Shown one piece after another: positions 28,044 through 39,818 of a stretch of DNA of 64,000 nt. The notes under the pieces are model-generated. The model was not told where the DNA came from and ran no database searches. It worked only from the letters and a program-made list of their open reading frames with translations. Origin of the DNA: Octopus sinensis (Eukaryota); the NCBI RefSeq assembly GCF_006345805.1, contig NC_043020.1, positions 30,752,001-30,816,000 on the forward strand, given 5' to 3'. The translations under genes and the position numbers were made by a program. Within the stretch, counting starts at the first letter, position 1. Every line of letters starts with the position of its first letter.

Positions 28044-28106
28044 TAATAAAACTCCGAGTTTCAGATGTCAGGGCGGAAATTGGCTCTGGCATCTCATCAG
28101 TTATTA
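28044..28106 (-). ncRNA. Type I hammerhead-ribozyme-like motif in a Penelope-like terminal repeat
   Basis: TAATAA-CTGATGA-GATGCCAGAGC..GCCCTGACATC-T-GAAA-CT(CGG)AG-T-T-TTATTA: 6-bp stem I, long stem II, short stem III, GUU site; one extra U before GAAA. Confidence 0.6.
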
Positions 28107-28376
28107 AGACAAACCAAAAATGCTATGGAAATGACCTTTAAATAAAGGGAAAAAACCCAAAGGGGAGAAAGTAAAAAACGCTCACAGAATTTGCGTATGC
28201 GCGCATGTACATATGTATACATGCATGCATACACACCCACGTACATATGCCTCTATGCTCACTCACACTCGTGTGAAACACATGCATGCACACACACACA
28301 CCTATATGTGCACATATATATGCAACCCTACACATGTATACATATACATACTTGCGTACACACGTTTATATACGCA

Positions 28377-29012
28377 TGAGAGAGAATCGTGATGTGGTAG
28401 GAGAGAAGTGTGTTCGCATGGAAGATGGTTCACTTGCACTAAATGGGGATGCAAAGAGAGAGGTTTGGAGATGCCACTATGAAAGGTTGCTGAATAAAGA
28501 AAGTGAATGGGATAAAGAGAGTCTGCCGAATGTTGACCCAACAGAGGGACCAGCTATCCGAGTTGATAGTTCCGTGGTAGCTAAGGCAATTAGAAGCATG
28601 AAGACAGGGAAAGCCCCAGGCCCATCAGGAATCACTGCAGAGATGCTCAAAATGTCTGGTAGTGTCGGCTATAGCCTAGTCACCCGTATAGTTAATCAGG
28701 TGATTCACAAAGGAGTCATACCCAATGACTGGTGTAGCAGCATAATAGTCAACTGCTACAAAGGTAAAGGTGACGCCCTAGATACAAATAACTACAGAGG
28801 TATCAAGCTGTTGGATCAGGTGATGAAGGTTACGGAGAGGGTCATAGCCCAACTAATTAGAGAGAGAGTTAGTTTAGATGAGATGCAGTTTGGGTTTGTG
28901 CCAGGGAAAAGTACTACTGATGCTATATTCCTGGTAAGGCAGCTGCAGGAGAAATACCTAGCCAAAGATAAGCCCCTGTACCTGGCTTTTGTTGACATGG
29001 AGAAAGCCTTTT
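28377..29012 (+). mobile_element. RTE-clade LINE internal fragment (linker and N-terminal part of RT), uninterrupted ORF
   Basis: ORF 28286-29038 contains KAPGPSGITAEMLK, YKGKGD...NYRGIKLL, QFGFVPGKSTTDAIF and LYLAFVDMEKAF. Confidence 0.93.
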
Positions 29013-29194
29013 GTAGTCTACGTTGGTTTCATAAATGATGGTCTCAGACATGCAAGCTCTGTTTAGCTGGCACAAATTTTTATCCCTGCATGAACAGCTG
29101 GTTTCATTTTGTTGTTTTTGTGTGTTGTGTGCAATTGTGTTTTAAAAATTAATAGCACTTTTGTTTGTCTTAATAACGCTCCTTTACATAGTAA

Positions 29195-29805
29195 TCTCCC
29201 TTCATTTAACAGTCATTTTCATAGCATTTTTGTTTGTCTTAATAACTGACGAGATGCCGAAGCAGTTTCTGCCCCGACTTGGTGTTTTATTATGACAATC
29301 GAATAATTGTCACATATATTACAGATAAATTCCTCTATTTACATAATATCGAGGTCTCATTCATTCTTTTGTTGTCATACTATTACTATTAATAAATTAC
29401 CTCCCGTACACTGCAGTTTTTCCCTAAAAGCTCATACAGCTTGTTTTGAAAAATCGCCATATATCATTTGAGGACTCTGCCCCGCAGTAGAATTCAATAT
29501 GGACGCCTACAACATTGATTATTCTATGTAAAATATACCTATACCATCCAGGGAACTATACTCTAAGAAACTTTTGGAGAAAATTACAGACCTTATTAAG
29601 GGGATGAGATGGAAAGCTTTCTTTTACAATATGGAAGAGGACACTACAGAGACCATTTTCTATGGAAATAAATCAAAGAAATTCCCTCCAAAAATCAAAG
29701 GCTTAGAAGACTTCGAAGTGGACGTACTGAAGCTCATGAACAAAATAAAATTTTGTAACTCTTTTAGCACTTTCCAACAGAAACTGAAAAACGATATAAA
29801 TATTA
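29195..29805 (+). mobile_element. Penelope-like element 5' part: terminal repeat plus ORF N-terminus (ATG 29499, one in-frame stop)
   Basis: MDAYNIDYSM*NIPIPSRELYSKKLLEKITDLIKGMRWKAFF...FQQKLKNDI resembles the YSxKNIP/MRWKA N-terminus of PLE RTs. 29197-29339 is the reverse complement of 27994-28150. Confidence 0.75.
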
Positions 29806-30179
29806 CCATCAGCTTGGCTGTGGTTAAGAAGCTTACTTTACAAGCACATGGTTTCAGGTTCAGTCCCACTGCATGGCACCTGCAGCAAATGTGTTCTATT
29901 ATAAGAACCAGATCAAAACCAATGTCTTGCAAGTGAATTTCAAAAATGGAAACTGAGTGGAAGCTTACCATTTACCATTTTCATCTGTTTGGACACAGCT
30001 CATTAGTGTGATGCCCAAACACATTCAATCCTTAAAATCTACACAAGGCATTATGTCTGTTAATGCTTTAGATTGAGTAATTTAAATGTTTAAATGCATC
30101 AAATAACATTATTTTGTTTCTAGAAATATTAAAAAAAAATATGGTGTCTATTGACTTTTAAGATACCTATGTATGCGCG

Positions 30180-30226
<47 letters not shown>

Positions 30227-30270
30227 GCATGCACATATTTCACAGCAAAAAATAGATCCTAAAAACATAC

Positions 30271-31676
30271 TTTCTCATTTCTGTCTGTATTCTCCTTTTG
30301 ATTGGTTGAGTAATGTAAACGAGTAATTTCCAGGCTGTCTTTTAGTTGGAAAGGGATTGCAGATTGGTTGACATTGGCATCAGTCTGATGCTTCAGAATA
30401 CTACGCACAGATTTGCCATTCTTCTTAGTAAAGTGACTCTGTGTGCCGGCTCGAACTTCTTCACAACCATTACCATTTGTCTCAAGATTCTTTCCATTGG
30501 AATAGTAACTGTGAAAGTTGTGTTTCTTCTCATCTTTGCATCCGGGATGGGTTTCCTCTGATCTCACAACTGACTGCTTTCTCACTTTAACTTTTGGTGT
30601 TACATAGCAACAAGGCATTATAGGATTGTAATTATTAGAGTTATTACTGTCATCATCAACATCATCATCATCAGCATCACTATCATCATTGTCCCATTTT
30701 TTTAATGCTGTACAACTTGAGTTTGACTTCTTTTGATTTGAAACAACAACAGTTGAAGCATTTTCTCGTCCTGTTTTACTAGTTTTCTGGTTTATTGTCA
30801 CATGATCTGCTACTTCATGTTTTGCTTCAGGATTCGTGGAATTCCATCTGCTTTGACAGTTAGGTGATGAATTCTGTTTGTGTGCATGACAATGGTTGAC
30901 AAAATTATGCTTTATTTCTTGATGATTAGTGGTTGAATTCTGTCTTGTTCCTTGATAACTATTGGCTGAATTTTGCCTAATTGCTTCATGGTGATTGGCT
31001 GAAGTTTGCCTTGTTGATTGAGAGCTAGTGGTCGATAGCTGTTCTGTGGTTAGTGTAGTAGCATTGGTCACAGTATTCTTACAGGTAGATGCTATGTTAC
31101 TTTTGGAATTCTCTGTAGTTTTATGAATTATAGAATTACAACCAGTTTGAAGAGCAACATCTGATTGAGTGTCTGGATGTTGGTTTTCTGAAGCAGGCCC
31201 ATTTAGTTTAGAAGAACTATGAGAAATGTTAGAGGAAGTATTTGAAAAATTCGAAAGCTGTCTTTCATAAATATTATGTTTTGAAACTGTCCAAGTTCTT
31301 CCACCACTTAATGGCATATTGTTTGGGTCAGCTGTAGAATTTTGGGGCCACTTGGTGTCTCTAATACAAGTATTTTCCATTTGACAATAATTTTCAAACT
31401 GATCACAGTTTTCCATGGTACCGTTTATTTTCTTGTCGTTCTTTAGATGATTTCCAGGACTGGACCATGCTGTGATAGGTTTCACATTTGCAGCAGAGTG
31501 AGCGACTGTTTTAGGTCCTAAGAGAGACATTAACTGAGCAGCTTTGTGGTTTGGCCATTTTGTTGAAGGCTCTGAATTTGGTGGTAGCTCCTGTTTGGTG
31601 GTACTATTGTTGCAGCACGAAGGATAGTCACTATAACCATTGCATTCTGAGTTGGCGTCACAAGTTCTATGGTTAC
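30271..31676 (-). CDS. CEP126: CEP126-like exon 5 (1406 nt; low-complexity S/T/N/Q region, then VRSILK and LKDSLEI motifs)
   Basis: ORF 30259-31692; acceptor TTCATATTTTCAG, donor GTATGT; phase 1 to 0; motifs match recalled CEP126 LKSILKK and IRDSIEL. Confidence 0.9.
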
Positions 31677-32269
31677 CTGAAAATATGAACATGTATCAAT
31701 ATTACAGTCATGTTAGAGAATGAAACCTTGCTTCAATGGTCCAACTCATTTTAATTGAATTTTCACTCATAATACCTATTGTTAGCAATTATCAATTAAA
31801 TTCAGTTGGATAGAAATTAGCAAAATTTATAACCTTTATACAAATCTTTAAAGTAATCTATGGATTCATAGAATCATGTGGCTCCTCTGGCAGACCTGGC
31901 TAGCAGACAACATAGTAATCCACTACAAAAGATTATAATGCAGAGTTCCATGCAGCTGAAAACCAGGTGGTCTGACTGATGAAATTATTTCATAAAAAGT
32001 ACATGATTAATAATATATGTGAATATATTTAAACACTTGTCGTCCTTAGGATTACAACTGTTTTGCAGCCTTTATCATGTCGTAATGATTTCAGTGTATA
32101 ATGAACTATTTTATATGTCTGCATTACAATTGTATATTGCAAATGAGTGCAGGTAAAGAAAGTCAGCTCATCAAATGAGAAACAGTTGTAGACAAGGATG
32201 ACAAACGGATAAATAAAGATATTCACTTCTCCTACCTCCTGACTTTCTATGGTTTTTTTCAATCCTCCT

Positions 32270-33600
32270 CCTCCTTTAACCTCCATTTTCCGAGCTGGCA
32301 TGGGTTGGACAGTTTAACCAGAGCTAGCAAGCCAGAGTCCTGCCCCAGGTTCCACCAGTCTGGTTTGGCTTGGTTTCTATTGCTGGATGCCCTTCTTAAT
32401 GCCAATCGCTTTACAGTGTGTGTTGGGTGCTTTGAACATGGCATTGGCATTAGTACCATTACATAGCACTGGCATGGCAGCTTTTTATGTGACACCAGCA
32501 CAGGACTTTTGCTGGCCAGTTCTCTTCACGGGATTCAGCCTTAACACCTCTGCTTTGGGGGACAGGTCTTCTTGAGTTCAGCAAGGCACCAGGTATCTCA
32601 GTCTTTTGTCATCTCATCCAAAAGGTTTGAAATTCTGAAGGCATCCTTCAGTGCTTTGTCCCATGTCTTCCTGGGTCTCCCTCTTTCACAAGTTCCATCC
32701 ACTTTGAGTGAATGGCACTTCTTTATGGAGCTGTAGGCATCCATCTGCATCACATGACCAAACCAGCTCAGTCACCTCTCTTGCTCATTGCATCTAATTC
32801 CTCTCTTACATCCAACTTCTCTCTCAATACACTAACACTCCGTCACACATGTACACTTACATTACACATCCAGTGCAGCATACTAGCCTTATTCCATTTC
32901 AGCTTTTGCATATCCTCTACATTCAAGGGCCATGTCTCACTACCATGTAGAATTGCTACTCATATCATACACTCTTCCTTTCACTCAGAGAGAGAAACCT
33001 CTGTTGCCAAGAGGGGTAAAAGCTCTCTGAATTTTCTCCATCCTATTCTTATTCTAGCCATTACACTCTAATTTAGTTCCCTGGGTAGCAGAAATTATCC
33101 ACTACCTTAAAAGAGCCTTCAAATCATTTGAGAAAATTGATTTCCCAAGTGTCTGTAGTTTTTATGGCTCCTGTGCATCTTCCACATACAAACCCTACTT
33201 TTTCTGATAACCTTCCTATTATTCTACTGCACTACTTGTATGTCCATAACTTACACTGGGTACACCGTATGAAACTCCTGCTTACACCTTTCCTGCAAAT
33301 CAAGCAGGGCCACTTACCTGAAACGGGTAGGGTCCTGTCTGTTTTCTTGCTTACTAAGACCTTAGTCTTTGCTAAGTTAACTTTAAGACCCTTAGATTCC
33401 AGGTTTTGCTTTCAAACCTGAACTTCTTTTTCTAGCTCTGATACAGAATCTGCTTTGAGGACAAAATAATCAGCATACTGTATAGTAGTTTCCAAGGGCT
33501 GTCAGTCTTGAATTCCTCTATTATAGCTTGGAGGGCAATGATGAAAAGAAGAGGACCAATGAACACCTGCCTGAACACCAAATTCTTCGCTGTACTCATG
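32270..33600 (-). mobile_element. Decayed RTE LINE 3' portion (RT motif region to tail)
   Basis: Remnants EEFGVQAGVH, PLLFIIALQA, YAD.., CTRCKLWTYK and the RTE tail. Confidence 0.85.
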
Positions 33601-34535
33601 ATTGCATATGCATAAGAGGTGTAACAATATCAGAGGAAGGTTAACAGCAGGTGCACAGGTACAATAAACACTAGTAATATACAGAAAGTAGACTCCATCA
33701 AATGCCTGGAGGGATATCTAGAAGTAGTTGATAGCTTTTGTTATCTAGATGACCAAGTTAGCAGTGGAGGTGGATGCTCTGAGAGCATAGCTGTTAGAAT
33801 AAGAATAGGCTGGGCAAAGTTCAGAGAACTTCTACCTTTGTTGGTAACAAAGGGCCTCTCTCTCAGAGTGAAAGGCAGATTGTATGATGCCCGTGTGTGA
33901 ACAGCCATACTACATGGCAGTGAAACATGGTCTGTGACTGCCAAGGACATGCGAAAGCTTAAAAGAAAAGAAGCAAGTATACTATGCTGGATGTGTGATG
34001 TCAGTGTGCATGTAGGACAGAGTGTGTCTTGAGAAAAAACACAAGAGGCATCAGATGTGGTATGCAAGAGAGGCGACTGCACTGGTATGGTCATGTGGGG
34101 CATATAGATGGAGACAGTTGTGTAAAGAAGTGCCGATCTTTAACTGTGGGGGGAACTTGTGGAGGAGGTAGACCCAGGAAGACATGGGACAAGGTGGTGA
34201 AGCATGAGCTTCGAATATGGAGTCTCATGGAGGCAAAGACAAGAGAACATTGCTGTACTTGAGAAGACATTTCAAGCCAAGTGAAAGCATAGCTGTGGCC
34301 GGTGGTGCCAGTGACACATGAAAATACCCATGGAGGGAACACATAAAACACTCATGCCAGTGACACATAAAAGGCACCCACTACAACCTCAGAGTGGTTG
34401 GTATTAGGAAGGGCGTCCAGCCATAGAAACCAAGCCATACTTCAGTGTAGAACTTGGTGCAGCTCTCTAGCTGACAAGTCCCAGTCAAACCGTCTAACCC
34501 TTGCCAGCATGGAAAGCAGACGTTAAATGATGATG
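33600..34535 (+). mobile_element. Decayed RTE LINE 3' portion, head-to-head with the previous copy
   Basis: VVDSFCYL, RIGWAKFRELLPLL, RRLHWYGHV, GRPRKTWDKVVKH and a (GAT)n tail. Confidence 0.85.
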
Positions 34536-35399
34536 ATTTATGAATTATAAATGAAGACATAGCAATGGGGCTAAGAAGTTGGTGTTTCACATACATTGTT
34601 TTGAGTTCAATCCTGTTGCACAGTAACTTGGGCAAGTACCTTCCACAGTAGTCCTGGGCTGAGAAATGTCATGCGAATGAATCTGAGAGCTAGAAACTGT
34701 ACAAAGTCCACTGTGTGTGTGTGCATGCATTCATGTCTGTAAATATGCATGTTTACATTTTGTGTCAGCAAGAAAACAGCTTTAAGCTACAAACAGAATT
34801 TTCTTGTCATTTTTATCTCCATTAATCATTCAAGCTCTGTACTTTCAAAGACGAATGGAATAAAAGAAAAAACCCTTACTTGAAAAACTGTAAGGTTTAG
34901 TGGTAGGAAGAGCATGAAGTAAATAAGTCAATGCTTCAATAATATGCATTTGTCTAACACAAGCTATCATAGAAAAACAGACATGAAAATGAATGATTGC
35001 ATGAAGATTTTGTTAGTTTTATAGAGTTAATTCTCTTTTGATTTTAATCAGAACTGAATTAAATTTATAAAACTCAAACTTCTGACACATATAAGCTTTA
35101 TAGGGGCAATCATGGCAGAATGGTTAAGAAGGAAGTCACTTTGCAACCATCTGCTTTTAAGTTGAGTTTCACTGCAGAGCAGTTTTCTACTATAACCCTG
35201 GGTTGACCAATGCTTTCTGGGTGAATTTAGGAGATGAAAACTGTGTGGCAGTTCATGTGTCTGTGTGTTTGTATTATCTACTGAGCCTATGATAGATAAT
35301 ACTGGTACAAAGTGCTATGCAGTGGTTTTGTTCCCAGAACCATGAACCATGTTGTAGGGAGAACAATCTTCTTACCACACAGCCATGCCTTCACCTTTA

Positions 35400-36620
35400 T
35401 ATCATCATCATCATCATCATCGTTTAACGTCCACTTTCCATGCTAGCATGGGTTGGACGGTTCAACGGGAGTCTGGGAAGCCCGAAGGTTGCACCAGGCC
35501 AGTCAGATCTGGCAGTGTTTCTACAGCTGGATGCCCTTCCTAACGCCAACCACTCCGTGAGTGTAGTGGGTGCTTTTTATGCGCTACTGACACAGGTGCC
35601 AGATGAGGCTAGCGAATAGCTACGCTTGGATGGTGCTTTTTACGTGCCACCAGCACGGAAGCCAGGCGAGGCTGGCAATGGCCACGATCAGATGGTGTTT
35701 TTAACGTGCCACCGGCATGGAGGCCAGTCGATGCGGTGCTGGCTACGGCCACGTTCGTATGGTTCTCTTATGTGCCGCCGGCACTGGTATCACAACTACA
35801 AATTCCATTGAAGTTGATCGATTTTGATTTTGATTTTCACTTGCCTCAACAGGTCTTCACAAGTAGAGTTATGTGTCCCAAGAAGGAAGGTATGCACAGG
35901 TGGACTGACTACGTCCCAGGTAGAGGCCATGGGTTATGGCCTCACTTGTCCTGCCGGGTCTTCTCATGCACAGCATACTTCCAAAGGTCTCGGTCTCTGG
36001 TCATTTCCTCGGTGAGACCTAAAGAGCGAAGGTCGTGCTTCACCATCTTGTCCCAGGTTTTCCTGGGTCTACCTCTTTCACAGGTTCCCTCAACCGCTAG
36101 GGTGTGGCACTTTTTCACACAACTATCTTCACCCATTCTTACCACATGTCCATACCAGCGTAGTCATCTCTCTTGCACACCACATCTGATGCTTCTTAGG
36201 TCCAACTTTTCTCTCAAGGCACTTACACTCTGTTGAGTATGAACACTGACATTACACATCCATCGGAGCATACTGGCTTCATTTCTTGCAAGCTTACGCA
36301 TATCCTCAGCAGTCACGGCCCATGTTTCACTGCCATGTAGCATGGCTGTTCGTACACATGCGTCATACAGTCTGCCTTTTACTCTGAGCGAGAGTCCTTT
36401 TGTCACCAGCAGAGGTAAGAGCTGAACTTTGCCCAGGCTATTCTTACTCTAGCAGTTACACTTTCAGCACACCTGCCCCCGCTACTGACTTGATCACCTA
36501 GGTAACGGAAACTATCAACTATTTCTAGTTTTTCTCCCTTGAATGTGGCAGAAGATGGTCTCTGCGCATTTTCAGTGTTTATTGCACCAGAGCATCTGCC
36601 ACATACAAAAACTATCATCC
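35400..36620 (-). mobile_element. RTE LINE 3' portion
   Basis: ORF remnants GLSLRVKGRLYDACVRTAMLHGSETW and GRPRKTWDKMVKHDL, with a (CAT)n tail at 35400. Confidence 0.88.
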
Positions 36621-36634
36621 TAGTTAGCCTTATA

Positions 36635-38000
36635 TATATATATATCTGTAGAAAAGGCATTGGTAGAAACTCTATAAGATGTACCCAGTGTAAGCTATGG
36701 ACACATAAGAAGTGCAGCAATATCAAAAGAAGGCTAACTGGGAAGATAGTTTTAGTATGTGGCAGATGCTCAGGAGCAATACAAACTGAAAATGTGCAGA
36801 GAACAACTTATGCCACATCCCAGGGAGAAAAACTAGAAGCAGTTGATAGCTTCCATTACCTAGGTGACCAAGTCAGTAGCAGGGGTGGGTGCACTGAAAG
36901 TGTAGCTGCTAGAACAAGAATAGCCTGGACAAAGCTCAGAGAGGTCTTACCTCTGCTGGTGACAAAGGGCATGTCACTCTGAGTAAAAGGTAGACTGTAC
37001 GACGCATGCGTACTAACAGCCATGCTACACAGCAGTGAAACATGGGCTGTGACTGATGAGGACATGCGTAAGTTCGTGAGGAATGAAGCCACTATTCTCC
37101 GTTGGATGTGTAATGTCAGTGTGCATACTCGACAGAGTGTAAGTACCTTGAGAGAAAAGTTGGACCCAAGAAGCATCAGATGTGGTGTGCAAGAGAGACG
37201 ACTGCGCTGGTATGGTCACATGGTGAGAATAGATGAGGATAGCTGTGTGAAGAAGTGCCCTACACTAGCAGTTGAGGGACCCCGTGGAAGAGGTAGAGCC
37301 AGGAAGACCTGGGATGAAGTGATGAAGCACGACCTTCAAACATTAGGCCTCACCAAGGAAATGACTAGTGACCGAGACTTTTGGAAATATGCTGTGCTCG
37401 AGAAGACCCGGCAAGCCAAATGAGACCATAACCTTGTGGCCAATGCCAGGAGCGTAACCAGCCCACTTATGCATACCTTTCCTTCATTGGACACTAAACT
37501 CTGCTTGCGAAGACCTGTTGAGGCAAGTGAAATTGAAATCAAAATCAAATTTGATGACTGGCATCCGTGCTAGTGGAACGCTAAGAGCACCATCCAAGCA
37601 TGATTATTGCCAGAGCAGCTGACTGGCTTCCGTGCCAGTGGCATGTAAAAAGCACCATTCAAACATGTTCGTTACCGATGTTGCCTTACTGGCATGTGAA
37701 AAAATATTCGAGCGAGGTTGTTGCCAGTGCCACTGGACTGGCTCCTATGCAGATGACATGTAAAAAACACCATTTGAGCATGGCCGTTGCCAGTACCGCC
37801 TGACTGGCCCCCGTGCTGGTGGCACGTAAAAGTACCCACAACACTCTTGGAGTGGTTGGTGTTAGGAAGGGCATCCAGCTGTAGAAACTCTGCCAGATCA
37901 AGATTGAAGCCTGCTGCAGCCATCTTGTTTGCCAGTCCTCAGTCAAATTGTCCAGCCCATGACAACATGGAAAGTGGACGTTAAACGATGATGATGATGC
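36635..38000 (+). mobile_element. RTE LINE 3' portion, head-to-head with the previous copy across a (TA)n
   Basis: ORFs 36539-36982 and 37022-37423 (CTQCKLWTHKKC, YLGDQVSS, RRLRWYGHMVR), then the 3'UTR and tail. Confidence 0.9.
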
Positions 38001-38003
38001 TAT

Positions 38004-38269
38004 ATATTGTTATATTGGAGATGGTCGTATTTTTACCAATTGACCACACACTCTATGTACTTGGTCTTCACTTCAGTTTTAGTATTCTTTCCTCACACAC
38101 CCTGTGACCTCTTCAGCAACTCTCCATTCCACAAGTCTCCACCTGCCACCTTTTCTCTTTAGTTCATTCCTTAGCATAGATAAAGCAGAAGAGGAGGTAA
38201 GATGGGCTGGAAAGTTGTTCAAAGAGGTTATAGGATGCATAATGAAAGATTTCAGACAAAAGACACTAA

Positions 38270-38308
<39 letters not shown>

Positions 38309-38383
38309 GCTGAAGTGAAGACTGAGTACATAGAGTGTATGGTCAACTGGTCAGGAGATGACCATTCCCAAATGTAACAATAT
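38004..38383. mobile_element. Foldback element/MITE with long imperfect inverted arms
   Basis: 38004-38085 is the reverse complement of 38305-38383, with weaker pairing further inward; the spacer contains (TAA)n. Confidence 0.7.
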
Positions 38384-38726
38384 CTGCTTCAACACACGAT
38401 TTCACATCAGAAATCTTGCAAAACAAATACATAAATGTTTGTCTATATTATGAGTGCAACCTTAAAGTCAGAGTATCTTTCTCCTAGAAGAGCTGCCTTC
38501 TCCATGGCTTAGTCAAAAGTAATGAGAGTCTCCTCTGCCCCTGGGAAATCTATTTAACCCTAAGATGAGACCTGGACAGGTGTTTCCATTCTAGGTCAGA
38601 ACAGACCTGAGAGTAACAGTAATTAACGGGTAACTCCATGCCCCCCAGAATTCCTGAATCCCAAACTAGAACCCCATCATCAGATGCAGTTTAATGTCAG
38701 ACCCAGTCATTTTGCAATGTTTGTCA

Positions 38727-39203
38727 CTATGGCAACCGAGTGAGTGGCAAAAGTGTTGTACAAGCTTTTGTCACTTACAGATGTCTCTCTCTATCATTTC
38801 CATCCTTGATCCATTTTATATTTTATAAAGTCCTATGGTGATGGATGCATGGTGTGAAATATTACATCTGCACCTATGTGCTGATAAAAGTAAACCAAAA
38901 CAATCAGACTGAATGTGTGTGTGTGTAGTTATATATATATCATCATCATCATCATTGTTTAATGGCAGCCTTTGCTGATGATGATATAGATATATAAACA
39001 CACACACATTCAGCCTGATTGTTCTATTTACTTTTATCATCACATGGATATGGATATGACTTTTCAGACCATGCATCATCATCATCATCATCACCATAGG
39101 ACTTGATCAAGGAAGCAAATGATAGCAAGAGACATCTGTAAGTCGTTGGATTTAAGTGACAAAAGCTTGTACAACACTTTTGCCGCTCTCTCGGTCACCA
39201 CAG
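38727..39203. repeat. Inverted repeat pair (about 85-100 bp arms, about 290 bp spacer)
   Basis: GGCAAAAGTGTTGTACAAGCTTTTGTCACTTA...CAGATGTCTC at 38746 and its reverse complement at about 39128-39185. Confidence 0.8.
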
Positions 39204-39299
39204 TTTCTCTCCTAATTTCACTTACGACACAACCATGCCAGCATCTATTTAGAAACAAACAGCAGACATAAAATCAAGACAGATTGTGAATAATCTCAC

Positions 39300-39818
39300 C
39301 ATTTAAAGAATGCTGATCATCAATCATTTTGTTGCCATTACCAACCAAAGGCATCTTATATTTGGTAATATGGTCACTGATGGCTATAGAAGTGTTTTGG
39401 TTCGATGCACTTGATGGTAGCTTGCATTTCTTCCTGTAAGTCTCACTGCTAGAAATACTTTGATCAGAGTCGCTTAGTTCTTCTTTTGATGCAGGGGATG
39501 TCCCCTGATCAAATGGCTGCTGTTGATGCCTTCGCAGTTGCTGCTCAAACAAGTCCCGGTTGTTGACCATTCCTTTCAATTTCTTCTGGATGCACAAAGT
39601 GGCTCTCTCAGAAGGATTCAGCAGATACTGTAATTGGGATGGAGTGTGAATGGGTGGTTTCGTTGCTAGGATAGCATTGCCAAACTGAACTTCCTTTGGT
39701 AGTTTTGCTGAGTGGGATCGAAGTGGTTTAGTTGCTTGACTTGTTGTCTTACTGTTGGATGTCTCACCTCGTATGATCTGGAGCACTTCCTCCAGGGGTG
39801 TATTAAGACAACTTGCTC
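39300..39818 (-). CDS. CEP126: CEP126-like exon 4 (GASCLNTPLEEVLQIIRG...)
   Basis: ORF 39274-39831; acceptor TCTTGTCTGCTGCAG, donor GTGAGA; phase 1-1; PLEEVLQII resembles CEP126 PLEEALKQI. Confidence 0.9.

Noticed and set aside
32270-34535. Classical twin-priming 5' inversion as the explanation of the head-to-head RTE pairs
   Set aside because: Both halves carry their own 3' tail and overlap in element coordinates, so they are two templates or two insertions, not one inverted cDNA.
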